A stretch of DNA of 64,000 nucleotides from positions 1 to 64,000 of the forward strand of contig NOWV01000020.1 in NCBI GenBank assembly GCA_003344405.1, given 5' to 3'. The notes beneath the pieces are model-generated. The model did not search any database. It was not told where the DNA came from and saw only the letters and a program-made list of their open reading frames with translations. This DNA is from Trichoplax sp. H2 (taxonomy: Eukaryota). Positions 1 through 14,084 of this stretch are shown piece after piece; within the stretch, counting starts at the first letter, position 1; each line of letters begins with the position of its first letter. The position numbers and the translations under genes are program-made.

Positions 1-198
1 CGAACTGTAAGTAGATGATTTGCATTCCCTATTACAACTATTAATTTCAGTATGTGTATAAGTGTCACTGTCATAAAGAGTCAGTGCTATATTAAAACAC
101 AGTATATCCAAATTAGAAGTTAACTAAATAAGGATAGTCTAACAGAATTATCCTAACATAGATATTTCTACTGTAATACAGTATTTAACACTGTAACA
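1..198 (-). mobile_element. Solo-LTR-like family A, partial copy cut by the window edge
   Basis: Near-identical to 16938-17134 and to the reverse complement of the start of 24616-25244. Ends at the family terminus ...ACACTGTAACA (198). Confidence 0.85.
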
Positions 199-856
199 AT
201 CATTAACTGTATTATAACAATAATAAAGCTGTAAATAAACTATGACATCATTAATACTCGTATTACGCATATCACACCTTTATAAAATATTATATGAATA
301 TTGGCCGTATAGTAAATCGCTTAACTTTGCATTTCCGTTGCTAACTAAGAAAAAAAATGCTACAGGTACAAATTTAATTTAAACTTTAATAGCAAATCTG
401 CAAGACAAATTACTGAAGCATTCAAAAAGTGTACAAGTTCATCTGCTACTACCATTACCGTAACTACCATTACCGGTATTTTTCTCTAAACAACTAACAG
501 TAGATTAAGTAATACCACTCATATAACTTTCCTAGAGGCTACATTTTGCACAAATGATCCCTGATATTGATTATTCATACATACATACTTCATTTTTAAC
601 AAATTGATACCTTTTCTTAATAAGAAATACTGTAATGAATTCTACGAAATTTAGTTTACTGGTCCATGAACGATAGACTAATTTTAAAATATTGAAGTAT
701 ATAGCATTAAACACATGCTCATAAAAGTTAAAGTAATTAATTAAAATTAAGGCTTCTTAAGCTGCATCTAAATTAAACACGCTATAATTAAACCATTAGA
801 AGAATTATTTTAATAAATTGTATGTATTATTAAGAAACAAACTACCGATTTGATAT

Positions 857-1406
857 TGTAATGTATCTAGTATTGTGATTGTAGACTGCTAGCCATGTTT
901 AGTATAATGTACGGTAGATATTATCCTAAGATATATTTGGTAGCTATAACTATAGACTGTAGTGGTAGAGACTCTATGCTAGGGTACAGATGGCTATATA
1001 CAGTAAGGTGTTGAGTTACTAATATGGCTATAGGTAAAAATAGAACTGTAAATCATATATTAGGATATGGTTAATTCATTGTACTTTGGCTGATGTAAAT
1101 AATGTCTACGTAAGTACTGTAGTCGTATCCATATTGCATTAATGATGGTCCGCAGTAGAATAGTCTTACTAAGAATAATTTAACTATGTGTAAAATAAGG
1201 TAAAAGGTTGCCATGCGGATTGTAGCTGCGAATGCTACGAAAAGTATAAAAGCATGCAACTTTGGATCATTCAGTTAGTTCGCTGTAGAAGTCTTTAGTA
1301 GTAGTATTCGGCTAAAGTAGAGCTGTGTGTAGTTGATCTTTGTATAAGATTCAATAAAGCCCTTATTTTTCTAAAATTTGGAATTTCGTGATCGGTATAT
1401 ATCACA
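857..1406 (+). mobile_element. Solo-LTR-like family B element, 550 bp
   Basis: Termini TGTAAT...ATCACA. Perfect 5-bp TSD GATAT (852-856 / 1407-1411). TATAAAA at 1245 and AATAAA at 1353. Other copies at 1544-1874 and 35214-35757. Confidence 0.85.
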
Positions 1407-1543
1407 GATATCTTCAAATTTATAAAAATCACGCAACAGAAGATAATTGCAAACTATAAATAAACTGAAGTCAACAGAAGTTCCGGTTTCCCATTCTTCG
1501 ACGTCGATATGTTAAAAAGGAAANNNNNNNNNNNNNNNNNNNN

Positions 1544-1874
1544 TCATTGTACTTTGGCTGGTGTAAATAATGTCTACGTAAGTACTGTAGTCGTATCCAT
1601 ATTGGATTAATAATGGTCCGCAGTAGAATAGTCTTTCTAAGAATAATTTAACTATGTGTAAAATAAGGTAAAAGGTTGCCATGCGGATTGTAGCTGCGAA
1701 TGCTACGAAAAGTATAAAAGCATGCAACTTTGGATTATTCTGTTAGTTCGTTCTAGAAGTCTTTAGTAGTAGTATTCGGCTAAAGTAGAGCTGTGTGTAG
1801 TTGATCTTTGTATAAGATTCAATAAAGCCCTTATTTTTCTAAAATTTGGAATTTCGTGATTGGTATATATCACA
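1544..1874 (+). mobile_element. Family B copy, 5' part lost in the assembly gap
   Basis: Matches ~1076-1406 with several substitutions. Same terminus TATATATCACA but a different right flank (TACGT), so it is a separate insertion. Confidence 0.8.
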
Positions 1875-2535
1875 TACGTAATTTTTATTGCGATACACTT
1901 TTAAGGGCTTAAATATCACGAATACCTTAAGAATTAATAAAGAAGCAATTTATGTGAAAGTGAATAGCAATGAAGATGTTAAAATACTGATTATTTAATT
2001 ATTTAATTATATAGGATCTAGTCACAATTTATGAATACATTTGCATTATCTTTATTATTTAAGTGGTGTAAAATATTACTATACCTATTGGAAGCTCTAT
2101 TGGAGATGAATACAATCACAATCACAACGAGGTTAGAGTAATTCCTTTCACATAAAGAAACTTTAAGACAAAATGGGCCGTAAGACTCTTATACTATCCT
2201 ATAGAAATGAATCCATAACTAAAGGCATCGAAGAGTAGTATAAATACCTCGGTGCCCGCTTATTTGAAGGGAAGGCAGATGGTATGTACAGGATCGACTC
2301 ATGCTAATTGCAGAACAATTGGATGACCGGTATTGCGCGTAATAATAAAACAAATAACAGACTAATTAGCAAATATTTGAGAAAATGTGAGAATTCGTTC
2401 ATCGACCCGGATTCGTATATGACTGCTTTTGAAATAGTGGAAAACGCAAAGTCTATACTTCATTATGTTACAAAATATTGTAACTGATATCAGAGTAAAG
2501 TTATGTAATAACATTACATTAAGTTAAAAGTTGAA

Positions 2536-3156
2536 AAACTACCTAGAAATGTACGCCGTAATATTACCCCAGGAGCACGTAGGTAAAGAGATTGTTATGC
2601 CAAAAGCAGAATTGTTTCCTTTCAATACAATATTGAACTCATTGATGCAGTTTAATCTTTTTAACTTATTCTTAAATGTTGAATGTTGAGCATCAATAAC
2701 TGAGATACGAATGGTAGCACCTATACACTTTTCCCTAAGCCATTAAATAATAGGTCTAAACGTAAAGTACTAAATTTTCTTCTCGAAAAATGGTTATGGC
2801 TTCGTAAACAGGATATAGAAGTATCTACGCGGCCGAGAATTACGTATTGTATCGTTTTGTAGCAATGGCATTTGATACGCAGTCTCTGGCTGATACGGTA
2901 TTATACACGATGCATAACATATAGAGTTCAAACACGTCTATGTAATTGTATCATTATGCCGTCTGCGATAGTAGGCTTGCTAGCAGTGAGTAGCAAGTCA
3001 AAAAAGCTTCAGACCTGACTATGTAATAAGCATGTTTAATGCAGGAAACTACCTAGAAATGTACGCCGTAATATTACCCCAGGAGCATGTAGGTAAACAG
3101 ATTATTATGCCAAAAGTAGAATTGTTTCCTTTCAATACAATATTGAACTCATTGAT
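2536..3156. repeat. 111-bp direct repeat pair (2536-2646 and 3046-3156)
   Basis: AAACTACCTAGAAATGTACGCC...GAACTCATTGAT occurs twice, 510 bp apart, with 4 mismatches counted by eye. Confidence 0.9.
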
Positions 3157-3641
3157 TTCCTTATTCATAAGGTGACTTAAGAATTTGGAAGACAAATTTC
3201 GCGAAATTCAAGCTCGATTTATTTGTTAACCGAGAATGATGATATTCGTCTAGATTTTTTCTCTGCTGATATACTTAAAAATAAATTGGCCCGTTTAACA
3301 ATATAAAGATATCTTATAGAAGCAAGTAACACGAACAGTTAATCTTGATAAATGGAGCTTAAAAAAGTCTTTTTTGAAAATTTGACTTCAATAAATAATG
3401 GTAACCCTGAGTTAATTTGTTTTTCACGGAAAGCATGCACGAATACAAGTCATCATATTGCCATAATAACCCACCCTTAAAGCTAGATACCTAGGTATCT
3501 GTAAGGTCAAATTCCTTTTAACAATAAAATTAGTCTAGGAGTCAAGAGTCAAATTTGGAACTACTAACTACTTTATTTCTCGAAAGATCCTCGCTTTATA
3601 GACTATTGTCTATACAAAAGCAAGTTAATATCTTTATCACT

Positions 3642-3665
3642 AGATAGAGAAGACCTTCTCTATCT
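3642..3665. mobile_element. 24-bp termini-only remnant of the fold-back element
   Basis: AGATAGAGAAGACCTTCTCTATCT equals the left end plus the right end of 23681-24041. Flanked by the 6-bp direct repeat ATCACT (3636-3641 / 3666-3671). Confidence 0.85.
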
Positions 3666-4492
3666 ATCACTAACCTTAATTGTGACTTTATAGCACTAAT
3701 AAGCATGAAACGGATACTTGAGCATTACTCGAATTTTCCAAAGTTTCTCGTCTAAATCAGCATTCGAGATCACAATATCAAGCACTTAGTCATATCCATA
3801 ATAAAAATCAGCCAATGCCGGTATCTACAGAATTTAATATTAATAGCTTACATCTCCAATTAATTTGAACTTGCATATTTGAGATACATATCCTGCAATA
3901 AAATGGTTTTAACTGGAAATTTTTGCTAAGTAAATAACTTTAAATTTGGCTTATTAAAATAAAACAAATTTCTAATGTAGTACAATATTCTTAATTACTC
4001 TTATAATTTTAAGAGTAACTTATTTTATAGGTAAGTCCGTCGAAAAAAATGTCTTTCTTCCACTCCTAAAAATAGTTAAAAATTGCTGATTCAGTACTGC
4101 AGATAGTCGATTTAAACTCTGGAGCAATGATCCAATATAAGTTATATAAAACACAATCTAATTCTCCATTACAATCTTCGACTTAAAAAGTTAAAGACCA
4201 AATTAGTAGATTAATCATAAACAAACTATATTCGCGTACAAGTGCACCTTTTCACCATGTTATCTATCATTTCAAATCATTTTATTAAGAGCGGCCGACC
4301 ACCGGTTTTCTATATCACATGGTGATTTACTTCAATTTCCTATTACACTTTCAAAAACATATTACTACTATAATGAGCCTAATTTACTATTATCCTATAT
4401 TAAAGGTGCTCATGGAAATTTCTCTAATTTTCTAAATTGTAAGGTTTGTAATCAATCATACAAATAGAATGATAATGTAGCAAATGTCAGGG

Positions 4493-4628
4493 CGTGACAG
4501 TGTTATGTACTGTATTAGAGTAGAAATATCTATGTTAGGATAATTCTGTTAGCATATCCTTATTTAGTTAACTTCTAATATAGATATACTGTATTTTAAT
4601 ATAGCACTGACTTTTTATGACAGTGACA
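4493..4628 (+). mobile_element. Family A truncated copy (terminal ~135 bp)
   Basis: Matches 24616-~24751. No TSD found. Confidence 0.8.
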
Positions 4629-5744
4629 ACTTCCGTAATCAGAATCGTAATCGACTGGTCTAGACAATAAGTTAAGTCTTTAACTTAGAATAAAATCACA
4701 AATCTAACTTATAAACCGAATTATTAAGCGCTTAAATAGTTATTTTAACGGTATAAACGATTTAACTACATTAATACCTCGCAGAGCTACGATAACTATT
4801 TATAGGTGATATTTCACTTAAAGCATTTCATTCAGGATTTCTCTATACCCTAGTCTAGTCCTATTAAATACAGAATTAATATGGAAATGTCTTCGATTAT
4901 CGTTATTTCTTATCTAACACATTTAGGATAAGATTTTAATTTAGAATATTCAAATTTTACAAGTGGGGTTTATAGTAAATCGGCAGATAACAATAGTATC
5001 AGCTAAACCAATTCCCAATATCTATATTTGCAATCTATCTCTAAATTTAGGGATTACTATCTAAACGGAACAATATCTATCCAGTTAAGGTTACAGCGTT
5101 ATAGCGAAAACACTTATATGACTGATCTTGGTCTTACTGCAGGTATTCACAGTATATTTAGTAATGAAATAACCTAAGAAGCTGAATGACATTCGTCATA
5201 CCCTAATATAGTCTAAATCTACATATTTACACATAAGAAATACTTCCAGCAATTTAGTACTGTGACATTGTTATACTATACTGTAAATTGAAAGATTTCT
5301 TAATAAAGTTTGGGTTCAGATGTAGCAGTGAGAGTGTATAAAAGCCCTGTTACTATCCCTACTCTGAAAAAAATTCGCAATAAATCGCTTTCGATTGTTG
5401 GTGGTTGAAAACAGTTTATGGCCTAAATTTATCGTTGGGTGTTGGAGTGACGGTGTTGCTGTTATGCTAAGATTGAGTGAATTACTAGATTGGTGATATA
5501 CAGTAAGGTAAGTCGTGGTGATAATCAGCTTACCAATTAATGGACTCACTAAACCTAACTTGGTCGTATAGTATTTTAACAATACACTACAAGACTACAA
5601 GGTATCGGGCTTACTTGCGTTTCTAGCCGATCACGCTTAGGTAATTCCTTTGATCGTTTCTAGTATTTTTATTTCGTACAATATGTAGTGTTACAAATTA
5701 CTGATACCGGGTCTTACCGTTATTAAGAACATAGATGTTTAGGT

Positions 5745-5875
5745 TAAGATTATTTATGAGTGATAGGTTAAAAATATTTACTGATAGAAAAGCTATCGGT
5801 ATGCAAGGAATATCTCGGTTTGAAATGTCTCTCCTAGTATGGTACAATAATATTGTTGTTGTGTACAAGTTAGAT
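5745..5875 (+). repeat. Diverged repeat homologous to the interior of the 24552-25733 element
   Basis: TTAAGATTA...AATATTTAC(T/A)GATAGAAAAGCTAT...TGTTGTTGT.TACAA.TTAGA is shared with ~25413-25542. Element boundaries not resolved. Confidence 0.65.
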
Positions 5876-8800
5876 TTACTAGTACAAACTCCCGTCGCTA
5901 TGCTGGCGGTTTACATTGTTATAATATTACGAATTCCGGTAGCTTTACTGACGGATTATGTTCTTATAATATTAAACTTCTAGAATATTATTTTACAACA
6001 ATTCCTTTTCTACTGTTACTTAAAGATTTTTTCGATAGACTACCATAAAGATGTAAGCATTTAAAAATTGTCTAAAACAAGTATAACGTAGCCTTACATT
6101 TCATTATTAAAAAATTTTTTAATCTTATATAGGATACAAGAAAGTTAAATTTAAAATGTCCAGCTATTTCGTTACACTTATTTAACTTAACTTTTTATAT
6201 ACTCAATATATCAAGAAAAGTGACTTCCTTAAATTCAACAAGAATTTACAGCCATTTGGTAAAACTTCTAGCAAATATTTCCAAATTTAAATTTATTAAC
6301 TTTTATTCCACAAACAAAAAATAATTAAACAGAAGACATCGCAATATAATGCTGCGCTTATTGTAAATTTCTATTAAAAATATATGTGCTTTCACTATCC
6401 ATTAGCCGTTCAAAAGATAACCACTAACATATGGTCTTTACTGTTTATAGGCTAATCAATTTAAGAGTTTAACTGTGCATTAACCGATTATAATAACATG
6501 GTTTATAATTAGATTGTGATATCAAGATAATAATAAACCAATAATTATTGACATACTGCCTTCCTAGATACAGATGTTATGGTCATTCATGCAGCTCTAT
6601 TTCATGTCAACAAAACTAGCTCAAGCAAATACAGTCATGGTAACGATATAAATACATATCTATATCATATTAAAGTAACAATTTAATAACACGTATTTTT
6701 AAATTGAAACTGAAATTCTAATATTTCTTTAGTCTACCGTAAATGGATAGTATTCGAGACTATTAGGAAATATCTGACTTTTATCCAGTTCAACCAACCG
6801 TCCCTGACTTTAGATTATCTCAGTTTTAATTCTATTCTGTAAAAGAGTTCAGAAATTTGCCTGTTGCTTGTGAAATAAGCAATCTACCTGAAAATTGACT
6901 AAGTAAAGATTCCAAAGTCATGAAAGAATCACGACTTTTGTAGCCATACTGTGATAAGGGTAAAGATAATATCCAAAGCATTTTGGCATTACAGTAATGA
7001 TATCAATACGTAAAAGTACTCCATGCATAAATAGAAGACTCTACAATAAACATCATACAGCAGAATGTAATGGGCAACTTTTATTGCCTTGAGATTTTAA
7101 AGATTTGATGTCATCATTTTGCAAGTTTTAATTTAATATATCACGCGTAGATGTAATAAATAGAGCAGTTTACTTTACGTTAAGGGATGCTGAGTTATAG
7201 AAATTAATGTTAAGATTTGTTTATCTGCCAATTTATCGAATTTATCTGGCTAGAAAAAGTTAGATGCTATGGATAGGAAATACGACACAAAATAATTCAA
7301 AATCGATATATACTGTACGGTAGCAACGATTAACAAGATTAAAACAAAGCAAAAACTCTTCCACTTTCCTAGCATAATTTCCTTAACTTCAACTAGCTTT
7401 TTATACTGTTAATTTTATGAAGTAATACGCAAGTACAAATAGCTAATTCAAATCCATTATACTCCATAAAAGTACTGTATATCATTCCTGATAGTTGGTT
7501 GATACTAAAGTCGGTCATGTCATCTGCAACCAAGATCATAGAATAAACAGAACAAGGGAAATTGAGTATATCACCTTATATTTACAATGTTTAACCAGTT
7601 AAAAGTAGATATGTACTGTATGCCTTCAATGTAACTTTTTGGCTGAAAATTTTTTAAAATCGTCGGATAAACTTTTATATTGTTTCTCATCATCAAAATA
7701 GTAGATTTAAATTAATTAAATAATCAATTTACGAAATTACCATTAACATATAGTAAGTAAATTGCATTTCTTAGAAAAAATTTGGCCGAGCGAAAGCTAA
7801 TAAGCCGGCTAATAAAAAGCAAACATGATACTTTAGGTCTAATAATACCAAGTAATTGGATTTAATTTTTACTATTTAAGATACGCATTCCGTTAAATTC
7901 ATAAATTTTTAATTTTGGTCAAGACTACATTCCTTATAGCTTTAAATTTAAAAGTACTTACTTAAAATAACTCTTGAAGAAGAGTTCTTATTATAATAGC
8001 ATCATGTATACCATTTTCGAAATAATTTTTTGCAGCACATGTTGTGAGGTTTGATGTGAGTTTCATTTATATCGCTACTTAATAACTACGCCTCATATTT
8101 TCTACGCTACTATATAGTTCATTTGGATTCTGAAATAGAATCTTTGATTACAGTCTATAGCTATGAGCTAGCAAATATTTATGCAGATAAACATAGAAAG
8201 CTACTCTATCGCACATCATACTAAATATAAGTAATAATCTATAATTCAATACAGGTACTGAGTTATATTACATTAGTTTCCTATAATCACTAATTTACAC
8301 TACACTTACATATTTTCTTATTACCGGTCGACTCTATTAACCGTTAATTCATTTCAAATTGCCTACTGACCTCAATTCCAATCATACTAATAATCAGAGC
8401 CAGAATATCTGATACTGAGACGATGGATTTTATTGCAGACTACATACATTAATTTACTACCAAGATACCAATGTACAATCATATAATTGGCAATCATTTA
8501 TCTGAGTTTCTTATTAAGAATATTGTCGTATATTGGTCATCAAACCTAGATGGATTTGAGTAATCTGTCCGCAGGTCCTAATTTTATTACATCAATCGAA
8601 GTAAGGTATTCTTTGGCTGTTAGCAACGAAATAATCTGATAATTAGACAAAGTATTTATATACAAACACAAATAGAAGCTTTTATATGTTCCGTTACCTA
8701 GAAACTGATACTAAATAAAGTATAACTATAATAAGTGCAGACCTTACCTTCGCATAATTAATTGCTTCTGTATGCAAAATGATCAAAGAAGTTATATTGT

Positions 8801-9948
8801 AGTTTTTCATGTCCTTTGAAGTCTCCAATTACGTGGTTTTTTTAGCTATTAAGGAATCTTAAAATTATAGCACAAATACAGTCAAGCATATTCGGTATCC
8901 TGTAATTGGAAACAGTATCCTTATCATTTAGGGCTAACCGGAGACATAGCTTTGACATTGAAGGCCTAGTAAAAACGTATCTAGCCTCAGTAAGATAGAT
9001 GGCACATTTATACAATCAGTTTCAATTACTAGTCCTTTACACTAACTGACAGAGTGACAAGATATATCTTTAATAAGTATGCAGTGGTTTAACGAATAGT
9101 GTACGTGACCATTCGGAGCAATTGCAGAAATCGGAGCTTGATTATTGCATCAACACTGAACTAGATGCATTGCAATTAGTAAGATAGGAAACTTTCCAGT
9201 GATAGTTGTTGAAATGAATTAATTAGCTCTAGTAAATGCATCGATGAGTTCAGAATCTCCGTCATTGTAATGGAAGTAAATTGGGCGTCATAGAAGCGGC
9301 GCCACCTGATTACAAATTATTTAAATTTGGGGGAAAGACGCTAAAGCTACATAATTTGTGTTTCAATCTTTTAACAATGAGTAATCGTATATCTCAGTAA
9401 ACAATCTGAATTAGAGAATATAACCTTAAAAGAGTTAAAGACCTTATCATTGTCTGTCTAATATCTATACTATAGAGAAAAATTTCACGGCAATAATTTG
9501 GCAAGTAATTTACCAATTCTTTTGTTATAAGTAGTAATCAATTTTAGCATATCCGCGTCGTGATTATATTCGAAACAATATCTACTCGAACTATCGTATT
9601 GACAATTGTTATATTAACTTATAGATGCATTAATTTTAATGATTCATTAAACATAATCCATTCTCAAACGTTAACCTAGTGGAAAGAGCAACGGTAAATA
9701 TTTACGAAATGAGACTGTTTACTGCGGACAACTTGTTGGTTTCAAACACATAGATTAATATATAGTCCATGTAATTTCATACAAACGGTAAATATTTATC
9801 TGATATATCTTATTCATCAACAACACACTTATTAAGTAATTAATGGGTTGATTGACGGCATAATCAAACAATAAAAAATAAATATAATATTCACGTAATT
9901 ACAAATGAAGGTCCCATCAATTAGCAATNNNNNNNNNNNNNNNNNNNN

Positions 9949-10405
9949 TCCACAGACAACTGACTAATTATTACACTATTCTTCACGATATGAGTCTTGC
10001 CGTTTCTTGAGCAATTACTTACTTTATTCTACAAACACACGCGCTTAAATAGGTTTCTACAGTGAATTCCAATATTAACGAGTGAGAATTCATGCTTTAC
10101 AAGTTACATTAATTAGTATAATACCATTACTAACTATACATGTCGATATTCTCAGACTTAGATAGCTACAAGCTATCAGGTGTTAAGACGCTTAACCTTC
10201 GTCCATATACAGCTCAATTTTTAGAGATTAACACAACTTATAAACCTACAGTAAATTAACTGCTAACAACTTCTATTTTTATCTCATTTCTACCATCCTA
10301 TTATCAGCTACAAGCGCATTAAAACATAGCACATAACCTTATCTTATCTATTCATAAGCATTCATTAATCAACAGTTACTTAATTAGTAACGGCGTACCG
10401 TGACA
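9949..10405 (-). mobile_element. LTR-like element with one end in the gap
   Basis: Ends in CGTACCGTGACA, identical to the terminal 12 bp of the TSD-bounded element at 38010-38422. Its right flank (10407-10559) is also present without the element at 9776-9928. Confidence 0.6.
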
Positions 10406-13400
10406 CTTCATACAAACGGTAAATATTTATCTGATATATCTTATTCATCAACAACACACTTATTAAGTAATTAATGGGTTGATTGACGGCATAATCAAAC
10501 AATAAAAAATAAATATAATATTCACGTAATTACAAATGAAGGTCCCATCAATTAGCAATGCTAAATTTTTCTTTAGTAATTTACCAACTCTACTTCATCA
10601 ATTTCAATCTTACTGCTTCACATCAGCAAGGAAATAAGAATAACATTTCCTGATCTCCCAAAATGTATGAATATTCACTTCTGCTAGTCCCTATAAATAT
10701 TACCGACCGCTTTTCTGGTTTCACTAGCATGGCAATAATATACTGTATAATTTCTATAGAAGGACATCATTAAAGCTCAGTTATTTTTTATCATTTTCAA
10801 TAACTTAGCTAAAAAATGATGTAAGTTCCATTATATGTAAATACTGAGTGTCAAAGGCATATTCTCCAATATGAGATACGTTTGCAAAAGGGCAATAATA
10901 AATGGTCTAGTGATAAAATCAAGTAATTTAACTATACAATTTACTCAGATGTAACTGATTAGGTCCTTACTTTAGAGGATATTCATCTTCAATTTTAAAA
11001 AGGTTATCACCACTAATTACGATTGCATCAATACGAAATCGACGATAATTAACGAATATTTAAACTTAAATTGATACATTTGGAATCTTTCATTCTTTAC
11101 TTATTCAATAAGTTACTCAGATACTAATGCATCACTTCAACAAGAAAAATTTCTATTAAATAGACATTCTGTACTTCATATTGACCCCATGAAGATCTTC
11201 AGAGGTAAAGTGATTATCCGTTCTAATACATATAATCCTTATATGACAACACATAACAGCTAAACATATTGATAACAAAAATGTCACTGCTAGTATCTCA
11301 ACTACGTTATTAGTGATGCATAACTAATTTTTAACAGCGATGATATTAGTGATTTATTTTAAGCTATTATAGGGCCAAGAGTAGTAATAGTACTCCAATT
11401 AATAAGTTTAAAACCTGGAATAACTTTTCATTTGAAGTTTAGAAAGAAATATTCCATAAGCTTAAGGTATATTTCTCACTTTAGTAACTCTTTTTTCCAT
11501 CTAAAGACCCGTTATGTGTGCACAATTACGTATGTAAAAGTAATTCATTGACGAACTAAATAAGATATTATCAATGTCAATAAATCCGTTAAAAGAAGCA
11601 TTATCATAAAATACAGTACAATAATATTCATTCTTAATCTAGTGATCGCAGTCTCTTAGCCACGGCGACAAACAAATTTTATTTACTATAATTAAGATTA
11701 TAAACTCGATTAATTATTGCACCGTCATGCACAATTTACCAATCGTAATACAAACGGATAAAATAACAACACTTATTTACGCCAATATACATATTTTCGC
11801 CATCAGCAATAGCAACAGTGATAGTAAGTAATATTTACGGGGTAATGAATAATTCTATCGATATTGAATTTTCAATATTACAAAAGTAGAATTGGGATAA
11901 CATACAATTACTGCATTTAAAATTCAATTATCAGAGTATATTGGCGTCATCATCTGTACTATGACTAGTTATAACTAATAGAATTCAATTAAGATCAAAG
12001 CATGCATCTACAGCTTTATATACTTATATTTATAATCGAATTAGACTACATTGCTATGTCATAGTGATAAATTTACTTCATACTTTGATTATGTAGGTCT
12101 CATCGCTTGCACTACACCATTTTCTGAACACATAGGTATAACAGCCGGACTGTGACCACCTACGATTTGAAAGAGCATTTCGTTTTAAGACATTGCTACT
12201 TTAATTAAGCACTGTATTTGGTATTATTCATCTAAATCAATTCCAATGCTAACATGGTATGATAGAAATATATCTCAAATTATCAGTTCAAAATATCTAA
12301 GCCTGAGTCATGCGAGATAGGACTCTGCATAAGCTTTGTCAATTGTATAAAATAAAAATTCGATCTTAGTCTTAATATCAATTTTGTTGCTTATATGCTT
12401 TAACACTATGATCTATCTGTTTATATAGTTGAATGGGATATGAAAGCTAGTCTGCTTGCAATAAAACTGTACCCTGTTTTATACTATTTGGCGTAAGCTT
12501 TGTATTGGAATTTGGCTAACTTTGAAAATAAAGCATACCGGAGGTTAAGCCGCGCACCGAAGTTACCTAATGAACCAGTTAAAATAAAAAGTACTTTATT
12601 TACTCTCGTACCGTAGATCCAGTCGTAATAAGAAATATAAAAATCGCATTTACTGACATATTGATCAATTCGATTACTCAAAGATTAAAAAATATAGATT
12701 GCGCTACACAATTTCCTTATTTTCTCTACCAAATCAAGCCTGCTAATTAAATTATTAATCTGATATCTTAGTTACTAACTGTTTCGAATAATTAACCACT
12801 GATAAACCATCTCCTTTTAAGAGCACTTTATATCAACATCAACACCTTTACGGCGCCAGTTAATTAACATAACCCCGTAATTATTAAAACAATATTTGTA
12901 AAAATTCTTTAGTAATACTTAAGCTAAGAAACTAAATGAAAGGGTTATATAAATGATAGGGCAAGCATAGGCGCTAAAAACATGTTATTGATGAATAAAG
13001 TGAGTAAGTTAGTATGTCCAATGTAATTAATGTTCATTATTAGGAAATTAGAAATAGTATATGACGGGATACTTCTGATAAATATTTAATGTCCAAGGAG
13101 AATACTATTGGACAAATTAATGTACATACAAGTAATCAAAAACAAATGTATCAATTTTTACATAGCTTTTGAATCCAACTAGGTGAATCTACAACGCAAA
13201 AATTGAATTACAACGCGCGTCATAAATATAATAGACCAGTGATAACATGAACATTGCTTGCATGATTTAGTAATGGGTATTTAATCCAGCGTATAATAAT
13301 CTACAAACAATAGTCTTACTAAGGAGAAAATTGAGATCGATAACAAAATGAATGGTATAGCAAGTTCGCTTGTGATTAGTAATTCTTTTAGCTATCACTT

Positions 13401-14084
13401 TCAGCTGCGAAACTAGCAAAATAATGTACTGTATCTCAATGAATTACTTCCTATTTGTATGACCAGCAAACGAATTCATCGATCCATGAAGAATATGTAC
13501 AAGAACATGGGTACTTTTTATTTTATTTTCGGTCAATTCCAGGTTATTAAGACAGTCATTGATAGACAATAATTATGTGGGCTAAAAATGCGTAGTCTTA
13601 TTATGAATCAATTGTATTATATTGAAAAAATTCATTGCTAATTTATGATTCAGACTTTACGTCTACGTTCATACCATATAGTCCTTATTTTTAAATTAAT
13701 TATTCATATGATGACGATCAAAATATGCAGAATATAATTTTGTTAACCATTTTAGGAATTAGCATTCAGAGACATTTATATCTGTATTTATTAAATCCTC
13801 AAATGAGTCCATTGTATCTTAATTATCCTAACTATAGGTCAGTAAGCAATAGAGCTAAAAACAGAAATTCCTTATAATGAGTCATACCACCTCCAAATTC
13901 AATAAATAACTTCGTTTATTTCTACCTATGCTCATATAAAGAAGTAAGTAAATTGATTACTAGATAGAGAGAAGAGTTAATTTATTCCTCTTAAATTCAA
14001 TTCGTTGATTAAGACGTTGAGTTAAACTGCCTTTCAATTTATTAAAACCAAAAGAAAATATATTCTTTATAAGAAACTACCGCC

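Noticed and set aside
1071..1727. Two near-identical 62/71-aa ORFs (MHAFILFVAF...)
   Set aside because: They lie inside family B repeat copies, start at TTG and show no recognisable protein motif. Their similarity simply reflects the repeat.
2230..2480. YKYLG-like translation suggesting a decayed non-LTR reverse transcriptase
   Set aside because: A single short motif next to stop codons, with no other RT motifs recognised. It would need TBLASTX/HMM support.
5261..5591. Possible further LTR-like element ending AATACACTACA (same end as 45492)
   Set aside because: No matching 5-bp TSD was found for the candidate starts at 5261 or 5321, so the boundaries are unsupported.
13962..13976. AGATAGAGAGAAGAG resembling the fold-back terminus upstream of the first GPCR
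   Set aside because: Only 9 bp match exactly, with no opposite terminus or TSD.
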